A stretch of DNA of 64,000 nt from Escherichia coli (GTDB taxonomy: Bacteria > Pseudomonadota > Gammaproteobacteria > Enterobacterales > Enterobacteriaceae): assembly GCF_041248615.1 (NCBI RefSeq), contig NZ_CP158426.1; one strand, written 5' to 3'. Shown here in pieces: positions 7,794 through 15,727 of the stretch. The notes beneath the pieces were generated by a model, which was not told the origin of the DNA, did no database searches, and saw only the letters and a program-made list of their open reading frames with translations. The position numbers and the translations under genes were made by a program. Within the stretch, counting starts at the first letter, position 1, and every line of letters starts with the position of its first letter.

Positions 7794-7928
7794 AGCTTTC
7801 TCCTTTTTTGGTAGTTAAGTTGTTACGAGCTGCAAGAATACAACATTAACAACTTTTACCACAACTTTTAGGTGTTGGAAAGCTAAAACATAAAGTTGTA
7901 ACCTCATCAAAAAAGAGAGGGATATGTT
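7794..7928. promoter_or_regulatory. OR-type immunity control region (divergent cro and cI promoters, operators)
   Basis: Multiple copies of ACAACTT/AAGTTGT (7817, 7849, 7861, 7892). The motif ccacaact...aggtgtt is shared with the region at 9541-9600. Confidence 0.65.
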
Positions 7929-8615
7929 GTGAAAACACTGGCAGAACGATTAAAGATAGGTAGAGAGAAAGCTGGCATGAGCCAAGCTCAACTAGCTGAA
8001 AAAATTGGACTTTCACAACAATCTGTAGCCAAAATAGAGAATGGCGAAACTCTACAACCGCGCAAAATTAAAGAAATTGCAAAAGTTTTAGGTGTATCAC
8101 AAAAGTGGTTACAACTTGGTATTGAAGACAACGCATCCATACCTGATCTTGTTGTAAAAGAAGCAGAAAGCACCGCATTAGACCCCGATATTTTCGTAAA
8201 CATTCCTGTTTTAGATGTCGAGTTATCGGCAGGTAACGGATGTCTGGCTGAAATAGTTGAATCAGCTATTGACTGGTTTCCGTTAAGAAGAGCAGATTTG
8301 AGAAAATCTGGCGTATGTGCATCTAATGCCAAGATCGTACAAATATGGGGGAACAGTTTATTACCGGTTCTCAATAATGGAGATCTTGTTGCCGTTGATA
8401 TTTCTCAAACCGTTCCTATTCGTGATGGCGATCTTTATGCCGTACGAGATGGTGTATTGCTAAGGGTTAAAATACTTATCAACTTACCTGACGGTGGCTT
8501 GATTCTTAGAAGCTTCAACAAAGATGAGTACCCAGATGAAATACTCACCTTTGAAGATAGACGAGCCAGAATTCATGTTATAGGTAGGGTATTCTGGTCA
8601 TCGCGAACTTGGTAA
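7929..8615 (+). CDS. CI-type prophage repressor (XRE HTH + S24 LexA-like peptidase, 228 aa, GTG start)
   Basis: HTH MSQAQLAEKIGLSQQSVAKIENG. Ala-Gly cleavage site (LSAGNG). GNSLLP Ser and a downstream Lys (LRVKIL). Confidence 0.9.
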   Translation: MKTLAERLKIGREKAGMSQAQLAEKIGLSQQSVAKIENGETLQPRKIKEIAKVLGVSQKWLQLGIEDNASIPDLVVKEAESTALDPDIFVNIPVLDVELSAGNGCLAEIVESAIDWFPLRRADLRKSGVCASNAKIVQIWGNSLLPVLNNGDLVAVDISQTVPIRDGDLYAVRDGVLLRVKILINLPDGGLILRSFNKDEYPDEILTFEDRRARIHVIGRVFWSSRTW

Positions 8616-9488
8616 TGCATCGAAAAGCATTTCTTCAGAAATAATTTTAAGTTTTGCACCATTATCATCCCTATAAGATATAGCCTTTTCGATCTTCCTT
8701 CCGTGACTAGAGAATTTCCAATCACGGGAGGAAAGCGTCCCAATTACTAAAAAATCCAACTTTTGAGTAATTCCACTACTGATGTTCCCACCAGCATTTT
8801 TAATCAAATTTTCAACTACGGCTCTCTTTCCTGCAACAAAAGTGCCTGTAAGACAATAGGTTTTACCCTCTAACTCTATCGAAGCCCCTACATCAATAGG
8901 CAGCCTGGTCGCCAAACCATCCACCACCCCACTTTCCAAGTCACATCCTGTGAAGTCTACTAATGCCTTATGTAGAGTTAAACTCTCATCTTCAGTAATA
9001 ACACCATCTTTAAGAATTTCCTTTACAAGTGCATAAAGTTTTTTTCCTGGGTAGTTGTTCTTCAAAGCTCCATTTTGCTCAAGCCACCAATTAAGATATC
9101 TTATTTCTTCTTGAGTTAAGTTCCGATCAGCAATTAATCCTTTACATAGTCCATTAAGTAAATGGACATCTACATCCTTGGAGTAAAAATCAATTTCAGG
9201 GATATCAAGAATTTCCCTCTGTATTTGGAGAAGACTATTTTTAAGGTCATCACGTTCTTCTGATGTGATTATTCCATCCGCAAGAATATCCGACACCCGT
9301 GCAGATAGACTTTTTATAACTCCATTATTGATAATCTGCTTTGCTTCAAGTAACCATGTATCTAAGTAAAGAACCTCCTCTTCACGGACAACTCCATCTG
9401 CAATGATTCCATCAATGATGCTAATCAAGTTAGCAAATAACTTGTCCCGGTTCTGTGTGTAATTAAAAGCGTAAAGCGCGTCTTCCAT
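8598..9488 (-). CDS. BRCT-domain protein with four TerB-like DG-[VI]-I/V-x-x-E-E repeats (296 aa from ATG-9488)
   Basis: C-terminal GKTYCLTGTFVAGKRAVVENLIKNAGGNISSGITQKLDFLVIG...W is the BRCT pattern. Strong AAAGGAGG SD. AT-rich by eye. Convergent with cI, with an 18-nt overlap. Confidence 0.75.
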   Translation of the reverse strand: MEDALYAFNYTQNRDKLFANLISIIDGIIADGVVREEEVLYLDTWLLEAKQIINNGVIKSLSARVSDILADGIITSEERDDLKNSLLQIQREILDIPEIDFYSKDVDVHLLNGLCKGLIADRNLTQEEIRYLNWWLEQNGALKNNYPGKKLYALVKEILKDGVITEDESLTLHKALVDFTGCDLESGVVDGLATRLPIDVGASIELEGKTYCLTGTFVAGKRAVVENLIKNAGGNISSGITQKLDFLVIGTLSSRDWKFSSHGRKIEKAISYRDDNGAKLKIISEEMLFDALPSSR

Positions 9489-9540
9489 ACAACCTCCTTT
9501 TTTTGATAATCCTTGCACTCCTTGGCTACTCGTTCAAACC

Positions 9541-9600
9541 ACATAAAGTTGTTGACAACATTCAAAACCACAACTAAATTACAACTTAAAGGTGTTAAGA
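9541..9600 (+). promoter_or_regulatory. pL-type early-left promoter with OL operators
   Basis: TTGACA (9552-9557), 17 nt, TAAATT (9575-9580). Overlapped by AAGTTGTtgACAAC and ACAACTaaattACAACTT operator-like motifs. Confidence 0.65.
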
Positions 9601-9712
9601 CAACGAACAGGCAGGACGCCCACGAAGTAGCCGCTTGGGGCATATGAAGTCCAGGATGATTCGTTGAGTCATGTTGTGCCACTAGGCACTCATGTTAAAG
9701 CAGGTGTATGAA

Positions 9713-9988
9713 ATGAAAGTCCAGATTTTAAACAATAACTGTGAAGTCGTTTGGTCATACGACATAGCCGCCCCTGTAGATCAGAGCGGCGATAGCTGGA
9801 CCAATGGGAAACATCAGATTATGGCTGGAGTTGTGTTCTCTTTACGCCGTGCTTTGGAACAGGCTGAAGTATTTCCATCAGACCCTGAATGGAAATGGCC
9901 TTTTTCTATTTGTCCAAATTCGGAGAGCACATTTCAGAAAATTGGTCAGAAAGTCGCACTCGAAGAGCATCAGCCAACTGTTTCCTGA
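9713..9988 (+). CDS. Hypothetical protein, first ORF of the pL operon (91 aa from ATG-9713)
   Basis: AGGTG SD before the ATG. Not Arg-rich, so not N-like. Confidence 0.45.
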   Translation: MKVQILNNNCEVVWSYDIAAPVDQSGDSWTNGKHQIMAGVVFSLRRALEQAEVFPSDPEWKWPFSICPNSESTFQKIGQKVALEEHQPTVS

Positions 9989-10151
9989 TTTTTTCAGGTA
10001 ACTCGTCGGCATCGCAGAAACAACAACGCTCGATCATGTTGAAAGCCGATTCGTAGAACTGTTTCTGCTGAGTGTCGCTGAGACAGGAAAAGAGCGACGT
10101 TACGATGATTTTATTAATTGCATTATCAAATTCTTTTTCATCAAAAGTCAT
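9906..10151 (-). CDS. Hypothetical 81-aa protein antisense to the pL operon
   Basis: AAGGA SD before the ATG. Helical-looking sequence. Its 3' end overlaps ORF 9713-9988 by 83 nt. Confidence 0.45.
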   Translation of the reverse strand: MTFDEKEFDNAINKIIVTSLFSCLSDTQQKQFYESAFNMIERCCFCDADELPEKIRKQLADALRVRLSDQFSEMCSPNLDK

Positions 10152-10260
10152 TTGATTTTCCTTTTATGTATACGGGCTTAAAAGGATACCACCGAGCCTG
10201 AAGTGGTGAAAAGACAGGCACATAACAGCTAAGTATTTTCAACCAAAGAGAATCCTTAGC

Positions 10261-10384
10261 GTTGTGGTGAATGCGGCTCAGCGCACGCGGGTTAAGGTTG
10301 AGGCTGACAGTCGACCTTCTGTGGATACCCACCCGCCTGGTGTGCAACCTTCGCCAGGCACCGGGAGGCACCCGGCACCACAAC
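10261..10384 (+). ncRNA. Candidate structured RNA domain (multi-helix junction closed by a 9-bp helix)
   Basis: gttgtggtg (10261-10269) pairs perfectly with caccacaac (10376-10384). Internal hairpins: aaggt/acctt, cctgg/ccagg, ccggg/cccgg, gcgggt/acccgc. All six frames give only overlapping low-quality ORFs. Confidence 0.45.
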
Positions 10385-10404
10385 TTTATGCTGTGTGTAG
10401 TCTT

Positions 10405-10451
10405 GGCGGTACCAGTTTGTACACTTGCTTCCGGCTGGTACCGCTCTTTTT
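10405..10451 (+). terminator. Intrinsic terminator hairpin; the 5' arm resembles the DicF sRNA core
   Basis: ggcggtaccag-19 nt-ctggtaccgct, followed by CTTTTT. TTGGCGGTAcCAGTTT compares with DicF TTGGCGGTATCAGTTT, recalled from memory. Confidence 0.5.
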
Positions 10452-10453
10452 AC

Positions 10454-10538
10454 AAAACAGAGAAGAGCATCACCGGACGACGGGCTCATAACCCAATCCA
10501 TCCGGGCGGCTGCCACCGCAGGTGTTCTTCTCTGTTTT
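10454..10538 (+). ncRNA. Second candidate structured RNA domain closed by a perfect 13-bp helix
   Basis: aaaacagagaaga (10454-10466) pairs with tcttctctgtttt (10526-10538). Internal hairpins: ccgga/tccgg and gcgg/ccgc. Confidence 0.4.
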
Positions 10539-10588
10539 GTGGAGAAACCAACCGACCTTGCAGGGTCGATATGATGAGGAGCAGCAAA

Positions 10589-10951
10589 ATGGCTAGCGAA
10601 CGCAGTACTGATGTGCAGGCATTTATCGGGGAGCTGGACGGCGGCGTATTTGAAACCAAAATCGGCGCAGTTCTCAGTGAAGTCGCTTCCGGTGTTATGA
10701 ACACGAAAACCAAAGGTAAGGTCTCACTCAACCTGGAAATCGAACCATTTGATGAGAACCGTGTGAAAATCAAACACAAACTCTCATATGTTCGCCCGAC
10801 TAACCGCGGGAAAATTTCCGAAGAAGACACCACCGAAACGCCGATGTATGTCAATCGCGGTGGTCGCCTGACTATTCTGCAGGAAGACCAGGGACAGTTA
10901 CTGACTCTTGCCGGTGAACCTGACGGAAAACTCCGCGCAGCAGGTCGTTAA
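10589..10951 (+). CDS. YfdP-like early-left protein (120 aa)
   Basis: GAGGAG SD before ATG-10589. Followed by yfdQ/R/S-like genes, as in CPS-53/KplE1. Confidence 0.6.
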   Translation: MASERSTDVQAFIGELDGGVFETKIGAVLSEVASGVMNTKTKGKVSLNLEIEPFDENRVKIKHKLSYVRPTNRGKISEEDTTETPMYVNRGGRLTILQEDQGQLLTLAGEPDGKLRAAGR

Positions 10952-11044
10952 TATCGTTTTTAATTAACTGATTATTTATCTCATCACTGGGTGATGCTGC
11001 CAACTTACTGATTTAGTGTATGATGGTGTTTTTGAGGTGCTCCA

Positions 11045-11320
11045 GTGGCTTCTGTTTCTATCAGCTGTCCCTCCTGTTCAGCTACTGACGGGGTGGTGCG
11101 TAACGGCAAAAGCACCGCCGGACATCAGCGCTATCTCTGCTCTCACTGCCGTAAAACATGGCAACTGCAGTTCACTTACACCGCTTCTCAACCCGGTACG
11201 CACCAGAAAATCATTGATATGGCCATGAATGGCGTTGGATGCCGGGCAACCGCCCGCATTATGGGCGTTGGCCTCAACACGATTTTCCGCCATTTAAAAA
11301 ACTCAGGCCGCAGTCGGTAA
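11045..11320 (+). CDS. insA: IS1 InsA
   Basis: [43 protein letters not shown]... Confidence 0.95.
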   Translation: MASVSISCPSCSATDGVVRNGKSTAGHQRYLCSHCRKTWQLQFTYTASQPGTHQKIIDMAMNGVGCRATARIMGVGLNTIFRHLKNSGRSR

Positions 11321-11742
11321 CCTCGCGCATACAGCCGGGCAGTGACGTCATCGTCTGCGCGGAAATGGACGAACAGTGGGGATACGTCGGGGCTAAATCG
11401 CGCCAGCGCTGGCTGTTTTACGCGTATGACAGGCTCCGGAAGACGGTTGTTGCGCACGTATTCGGTGAACGCACTATGGCGACGCTGGGGCGTCTTATGA
11501 GCCTGCTGTCACCCTTTGACGTGGTGATATGGATGACGGATGGCTGGCCGCTGTATGAATCCCGCCTGAAGGGAAAGCTGCACGTAATCAGCAAGCGATA
11601 TACGCAGCGAATTGAGCGGCATAACCTGAATCTGAGGCAGCACCTGGCACGGCTGGGACGGAAGTCGCTGTCGTTCTCAAAATCGGTGGAGCTGCATGAC
11701 AAAGTCATCGGGCATTATCTGAACATAAAACACTATCAATAA
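11239..11742 (+). CDS. insB: IS1 InsB' frame (expressed as InsAB' by a -1 frameshift)
   Basis: A6C slippery run at 11296-11302. The rest of the frame reads as the canonical InsB sequence. Confidence 0.95.
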   Translation: MPGNRPHYGRWPQHDFPPFKKLRPQSVTSRIQPGSDVIVCAEMDEQWGYVGAKSRQRWLFYAYDRLRKTVVAHVFGERTMATLGRLMSLLSPFDVVIWMTDGWPLYESRLKGKLHVISKRYTQRIERHNLNLRQHLARLGRKSLSFSKSVELHDKVIGHYLNIKHYQ

Positions 11743-11792
11743 GTTGGAGTCATTACCCATCACTGAATATCTTTATATAGTGAGGACTTATT

Positions 11793-12617
11793 ATGTCTCA
11801 GAACTTAGACGCAACCGCAATTAATCAAATCCATGCCCTTATTTCTGCTCAGGGTGTTAATGAAATTATCAGTAAGATTGGTGCCGATGCTGTGGCATTG
11901 CCTGAGAATTTCCGCATTCATGATCTGGAAAAATTTAATTTAAATCGCTTCCGTTTCCGTGGTGCGCTTTCCACTGCCAGCATCGATGACTTTACCCGTT
12001 ATTCTAAAGATCTTGCAGATGAAGGCACCCGCTGCTTTATCGATGCTGATAATATGCGTGCCGTCAGTGTGCTTAACCTGGGTACTATTGATGAACCAGG
12101 TCACGCAGATAACACCGCCACACTCAAACTGAAAAAGACAGCACCGTTCTCTGCTCTGTTGTCTGTTAACGGCGAGCGTAACTCCCAGAAGTCACTGGCA
12201 GAATGGATTGAAGACTGGGCCGACTATCTTGTGGGCTTTGATGCTAATGGTGACGCTATTCAGGCAACAAAAGCGGCTGCGGCTGTCCGTAAAATCACGA
12301 TTGAAGCAAACCAGACCGCTGATTTTGAAGATAATGACTTCAGCGGCAAACGCTCCCTGATGGAGTCTGTCGAAGCGAAAACCAAAGACATTATGCCAGT
12401 GGCATTTGAATTTAAATGCGTTCCGTTTGAAGGCCTGAAAGAACGTCCGTTTAAATTACGCCTCAGCATTATCACTGGCGATCGTCCTGTACTGGTTCTG
12501 CGCATTATTCAGCTGGAAGCGGTGCAGGAAGAAATGGCTAACGAATTTCGTGATCTGCTTGTTGAGAAATTCAAAGACAGCAAAGTAGAAACCTTCATTG
12601 GTACTTTCAGCGCCTGA
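11793..12617 (+). CDS. YfdQ-like (DUF2303) protein, 274 aa
   Basis: Size and order match CPS-53 yfdQ. The family call is from memory. Confidence 0.6.
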   Translation: MSQNLDATAINQIHALISAQGVNEIISKIGADAVALPENFRIHDLEKFNLNRFRFRGALSTASIDDFTRYSKDLADEGTRCFIDADNMRAVSVLNLGTIDEPGHADNTATLKLKKTAPFSALLSVNGERNSQKSLAEWIEDWADYLVGFDANGDAIQATKAAAAVRKITIEANQTADFEDNDFSGKRSLMESVEAKTKDIMPVAFEFKCVPFEGLKERPFKLRLSIITGDRPVLVLRIIQLEAVQEEMANEFRDLLVEKFKDSKVETFIGTFSA

Positions 12618-12744
12618 TTTCATTACTGCAAATGCCCCTGCGGGGGCATTTATGGAAACATAATCGACTCAATAATCGCCGGATGGTGAGGGCTTCCTTT
12701 TACCAGAATTCAGCGTGGTGCAGCACATATACGTGGAGAACAAA

Positions 12745-13281
12745 ATGTCATTTATTAAAACTTTTTCTGGGAAGCATTTTTATTATGACAAGATAAATAA
12801 AGACGACATCGTGATTAACGATATCGCGGTTTCCCTTTCAAATATCTGTCGCTTTGCAGGACATCTTTCACACTTCTACAGCGTCGCCCAACATGCGGTG
12901 CTTTGCAGCCAACTGGTACCGCAGGAATTTGCTTTTGAAGCGTTAATGCATGATGCAACAGAAGCGTATTGTCAGGACATCCCCGCTCCACTGAAACGCC
13001 TTCTTCCTGACTATAAACGGATGGAAGAAAAAATAGACGCCGTAATCCGTGAGAAATACGGGTTACCCCCGGTTATGAGCACGCCTGTGAAATATGCCGA
13101 TCTCATCATGCTGGCAACTGAACGCCGCGAACTCGGGCTTGATGATGGCTCTTTCTGGCCAGTACTGGAAGGTATCCCGGCAACAGAGATGTTCAAAGTT
13201 ATTCCACTGGCTCCGGGTCATGCCTACGGGATGTTTATGGAACGTTTTAACGAGTTATCGGAGTTACGCAAATGCGCATGA
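12745..13281 (+). CDS. HD-domain phosphohydrolase, YfdR-like (178 aa)
   Basis: SVAQHAVL...LMHDATEAYCQDIPAPLK, the HD motif. Confidence 0.7.
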   Translation: MSFIKTFSGKHFYYDKINKDDIVINDIAVSLSNICRFAGHLSHFYSVAQHAVLCSQLVPQEFAFEALMHDATEAYCQDIPAPLKRLLPDYKRMEEKIDAVIREKYGLPPVMSTPVKYADLIMLATERRELGLDDGSFWPVLEGIPATEMFKVIPLAPGHAYGMFMERFNELSELRKCA

Positions 13282-13634
13282 ATGTTTTCGAAATGGAAGG
13301 GTTTCTTCACGGGAGATGTGTACCACGAGACCTGAAAGTGAATGAAACGGATGCTGAATACCTGGTGCGTAAATTCGATGCGCTTGAAGCTAAATGTGCA
13401 GCACAGGAAAACAAAGTAATACCAGTATCAGTTGAACTGCCACCAGCAAATGAAAGTGTTCTGTTATTTGATGCTAACGGAGAAGGCTGGCTGATTGGCT
13501 GGCGTTCTCTCTGGTACACCTGGGGACAAAAAGAAACCGGAGAATGGCTGTGGACATTTCAGATCGGGGACCTTGAAAATATTAATATCACTCACTGGGC
13601 AGTAATGCCAAAAGCACCGGAGGCTGGAGCATAA
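13272..13634 (+). CDS. DUF551-like small protein (YfdS-like, 120 aa)
   Basis: C-terminal ITHWAVMPKAPE motif. Coupled to its neighbours. Confidence 0.55.
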   Translation: MRMNVFEMEGFLHGRCVPRDLKVNETDAEYLVRKFDALEAKCAAQENKVIPVSVELPPANESVLLFDANGEGWLIGWRSLWYTWGQKETGEWLWTFQIGDLENINITHWAVMPKAPEAGA

Positions 13635-14254
13635 TGACCACTTACACCGATAAGGAACAGATTAAAGAAATCAAAGAACGAATCGGCAGCCTAGACGTGC
13701 GAGACAATGTTGAGCGCCTTGCTTATGAAATTGCTCTGGCATCACTGGAAGCAGAGCCGGTGGCGTGGCTTCATTCAGACAATGGCTTAGGTATTCCGGC
13801 AATAACCAGGAGCAAAAACATTGCTGACAGTTGGTTATCAAAGGGCTGGTATATTCAGCCGCTATATATGGCTCAGCCAGTGTCGGTGGTGCCGGATGCT
13901 CTTCCGTCTTTAAATAATGGCATAGTCGGCTTTGATGAAGGCTGGAACGCCTGCCGCGCCGCCATGCTTCATGGTGCCAAACCTGTAAGCCAGACTTACA
14001 AGTTGAACGAGCTGTCGGGCAACTCTCCGGTAACTCCGGATGGTTGGATAAGCTGTAGTGAGCGAATGCCGAACGATAAACAGTATGTTTGGTGTTGGGG
14101 GAAGTCTTACGGCTGGACTGAGTGCGATACCTTCGAAGGGTATTACGATTGGTCGAGAAACAAATGGTGGGCAGTTACTGACGATGTGGAAGAACCGGCA
14201 TCGAAAGTAACCCACTGGATGCCGCTACCGGAGCCGCCGCAGGAGGTAAAGTAA
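13634..14254 (+). CDS. DUF551-domain protein (206 aa)
   Basis: C-terminal DGWISCSERMPNDKQYVWCWG...VTHWMPLPEPP. Confidence 0.6.
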   Translation: MTTYTDKEQIKEIKERIGSLDVRDNVERLAYEIALASLEAEPVAWLHSDNGLGIPAITRSKNIADSWLSKGWYIQPLYMAQPVSVVPDALPSLNNGIVGFDEGWNACRAAMLHGAKPVSQTYKLNELSGNSPVTPDGWISCSERMPNDKQYVWCWGKSYGWTECDTFEGYYDWSRNKWWAVTDDVEEPASKVTHWMPLPEPPQEVK

Positions 14255-14436
14255 TGAACAACTTAATGACAACTAAACAAGTCGCCAACTTCTGTGGAGT
14301 TTCAGTATCGACAGTTCTTCGCTGGAACAGCGTAAACAGGAGAACTGGCCAGAAATACAGGCCAGACTTTCCAGATCCTGATATTAAATCATGCCCAAAT
14401 AAATGGGCATCAGAGCCTGTACATAGATTTGTGTAA
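14254..14436 (+). pseudogene. AlpA/excisionase-like HTH gene, 3' end replaced by an IS insertion
   Basis: MTTKQVANFCGVSVSTVLRWN is the HTH. The IS left end at 14413 swaps the native tail RKIYKFAGVIE (readable after the IS at 15736 onward) for EPVHRFV. Confidence 0.7.
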
Positions 14437-15727
14437 TTGCCTGATTTTGATATGTTCAATCCAGCATCAAATGAAGGTTAATTTATGGACGAAAAACAGT
14501 TACAGGCTCTGGCTAACGAACTGGCCAAAAACCTCAAAACCCCTGAAGACCTCAGTCAGTTTGATCGGCTGCTGAAAAAGCTCAGCGTTGAAGCCGCTCT
14601 CAATGCAGAGATGACACACCATCTTGGGTATGAGAAAAATCAGTCCAGACCAGGAGCTAACTCCCGCAACGGTTATTCCACAAAGACCGTTATCACAGGC
14701 GACGGTCCACTGGAACTGCGTACTCCGCGCGATCGTGACGGTACCTTCGAACCACAACTGGTAAAGAAAAATCAGACCCGTATTACCGGGATGGATAACC
14801 AGATCCTCTCGTTGTATGCCAAAGGGATGACCACCCGTGAGATAGCCGCTGCGTTCAAAGAACTGTATGACGCAGATGTTTCACCGGCACTGATATCAAA
14901 GGTTACCGATGCCGTGATGGAGCAGGTTGTAGAATGGCAAAACCGACCACTGGATGCTGTTTACCCCATTGTTTATCTTGACTGTATCGTCCTGAAAGTT
15001 CGGCAGGACAGTCGCATCATCAACAAATCGGTGTTCCTGGCACTGGGCATCAATATCGAAGGTCAGAAAGAACTGCTGGGTATGTGGCTGGCCGAAAATG
15101 AAGGGGCGAAGTTCTGGCTCAATGTGCTGACTGAACTGAAAAACCGCGGTCTGAACGATATCCTCATCGCCTGTGTGGATGGCCTGAAAGGCTTCCCGGA
15201 TGCCATCAACACAGTATATCCGAAGGCCCGCATCCAGTTATGCATCGTGCATATGGTGCGCAACAGCCTGCGCTTCGTGTCATGGAAGGACTACAAAGCC
15301 GTCACTCGCGACCTGAAAGCGATTTATCAGGCTCCCACGGAAGAGGCAGGTCAGCAGGCACTGGAAGCGTTCGCTGCGGCCTGGGACAGTCGCTATCCTC
15401 AGATAAGCCGAAGCTGGCAGGCTAACTGGCCGAATCTTGCCACGTTCTTCGCTTATCCAACGGACATCCGCAAAGTGATCTATACGACGAATGCCATCGA
15501 GTCGCTAAACAGCGTGATCCGCCATGCGATCAAAAAGCGTAAAGTGTTCCCGACAGACGACTCGGTGAAAAAAGTGGTGTGGCTGGCAATCCAGTCTGCG
15601 TCCCAGAAATGGACGATGCCGTTGAAGGACTGGCGAATGGCAATGAGCCGCTTTATTATCGAGTTCGGTGACCGCCTGGACGGTCACTTCTGAGAAAAGG
15701 CATTTACACAGAATCCTAAACAGGCTC
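14413..15727 (+). mobile_element. IS256-family (mutator-type) insertion sequence, 1315 bp
   Basis: Imperfect ~29-bp terminal inverted repeats (gagcctgtacatagatttgtgtaattgcc / ggcatttacacagaatcctaaacaggctc). An 8-bp target duplication GGGCATCA sits at 14405-14412 and 15728-15735. Confidence 0.9.
14485..15693 (+). CDS. IS256-family transposase (402 aa)
   Basis: Mutator-family layout: ...YLDCIVLKVR..., ...IACVDGLKGFPDAI..., ...TTNAIESLN... Confidence 0.92.
   Translation: MDEKQLQALANELAKNLKTPEDLSQFDRLLKKLSVEAALNAEMTHHLGYEKNQSRPGANSRNGYSTKTVITGDGPLELRTPRDRDGTFEPQLVKKNQTRITGMDNQILSLYAKGMTTREIAAAFKELYDADVSPALISKVTDAVMEQVVEWQNRPLDAVYPIVYLDCIVLKVRQDSRIINKSVFLALGINIEGQKELLGMWLAENEGAKFWLNVLTELKNRGLNDILIACVDGLKGFPDAINTVYPKARIQLCIVHMVRNSLRFVSWKDYKAVTRDLKAIYQAPTEEAGQQALEAFAAAWDSRYPQISRSWQANWPNLATFFAYPTDIRKVIYTTNAIESLNSVIRHAIKKRKVFPTDDSVKKVVWLAIQSASQKWTMPLKDWRMAMSRFIIEFGDRLDGHF

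Larger units (their letters stand above)
10990..11757 (+). mobile_element. IS1 (768 bp)
   Basis: Ends are GGTGATGCTGCCAACTTACTGAT and AAGTTGGAGTCATTACC. An 8-bp direct repeat CATCACTG sits at 10982-10989 and 11758-11765. Confidence 0.97.

Noticed and set aside
10255-10560. Retron msr-msd hypothesis for the structured region
   Set aside because: No reverse transcriptase gene is adjacent or anywhere in the prophage part seen. The flanking inverted repeats close separate modules rather than an msr/msd pair.
10141-10951. Track ORFs 10141-10383(-), 10264-10491(+), 10292-10516(-), 10486-10854(-), and the 106-aa N-terminal extension of 10271-10951(+)
   Set aside because: - They overlap one another in several frames and are Arg/Pro/Cys/Gly-rich with no SD.
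- The DNA is better explained by RNA helices.
- The real CDS starts at ATG-10589, after a GAGGAG SD.
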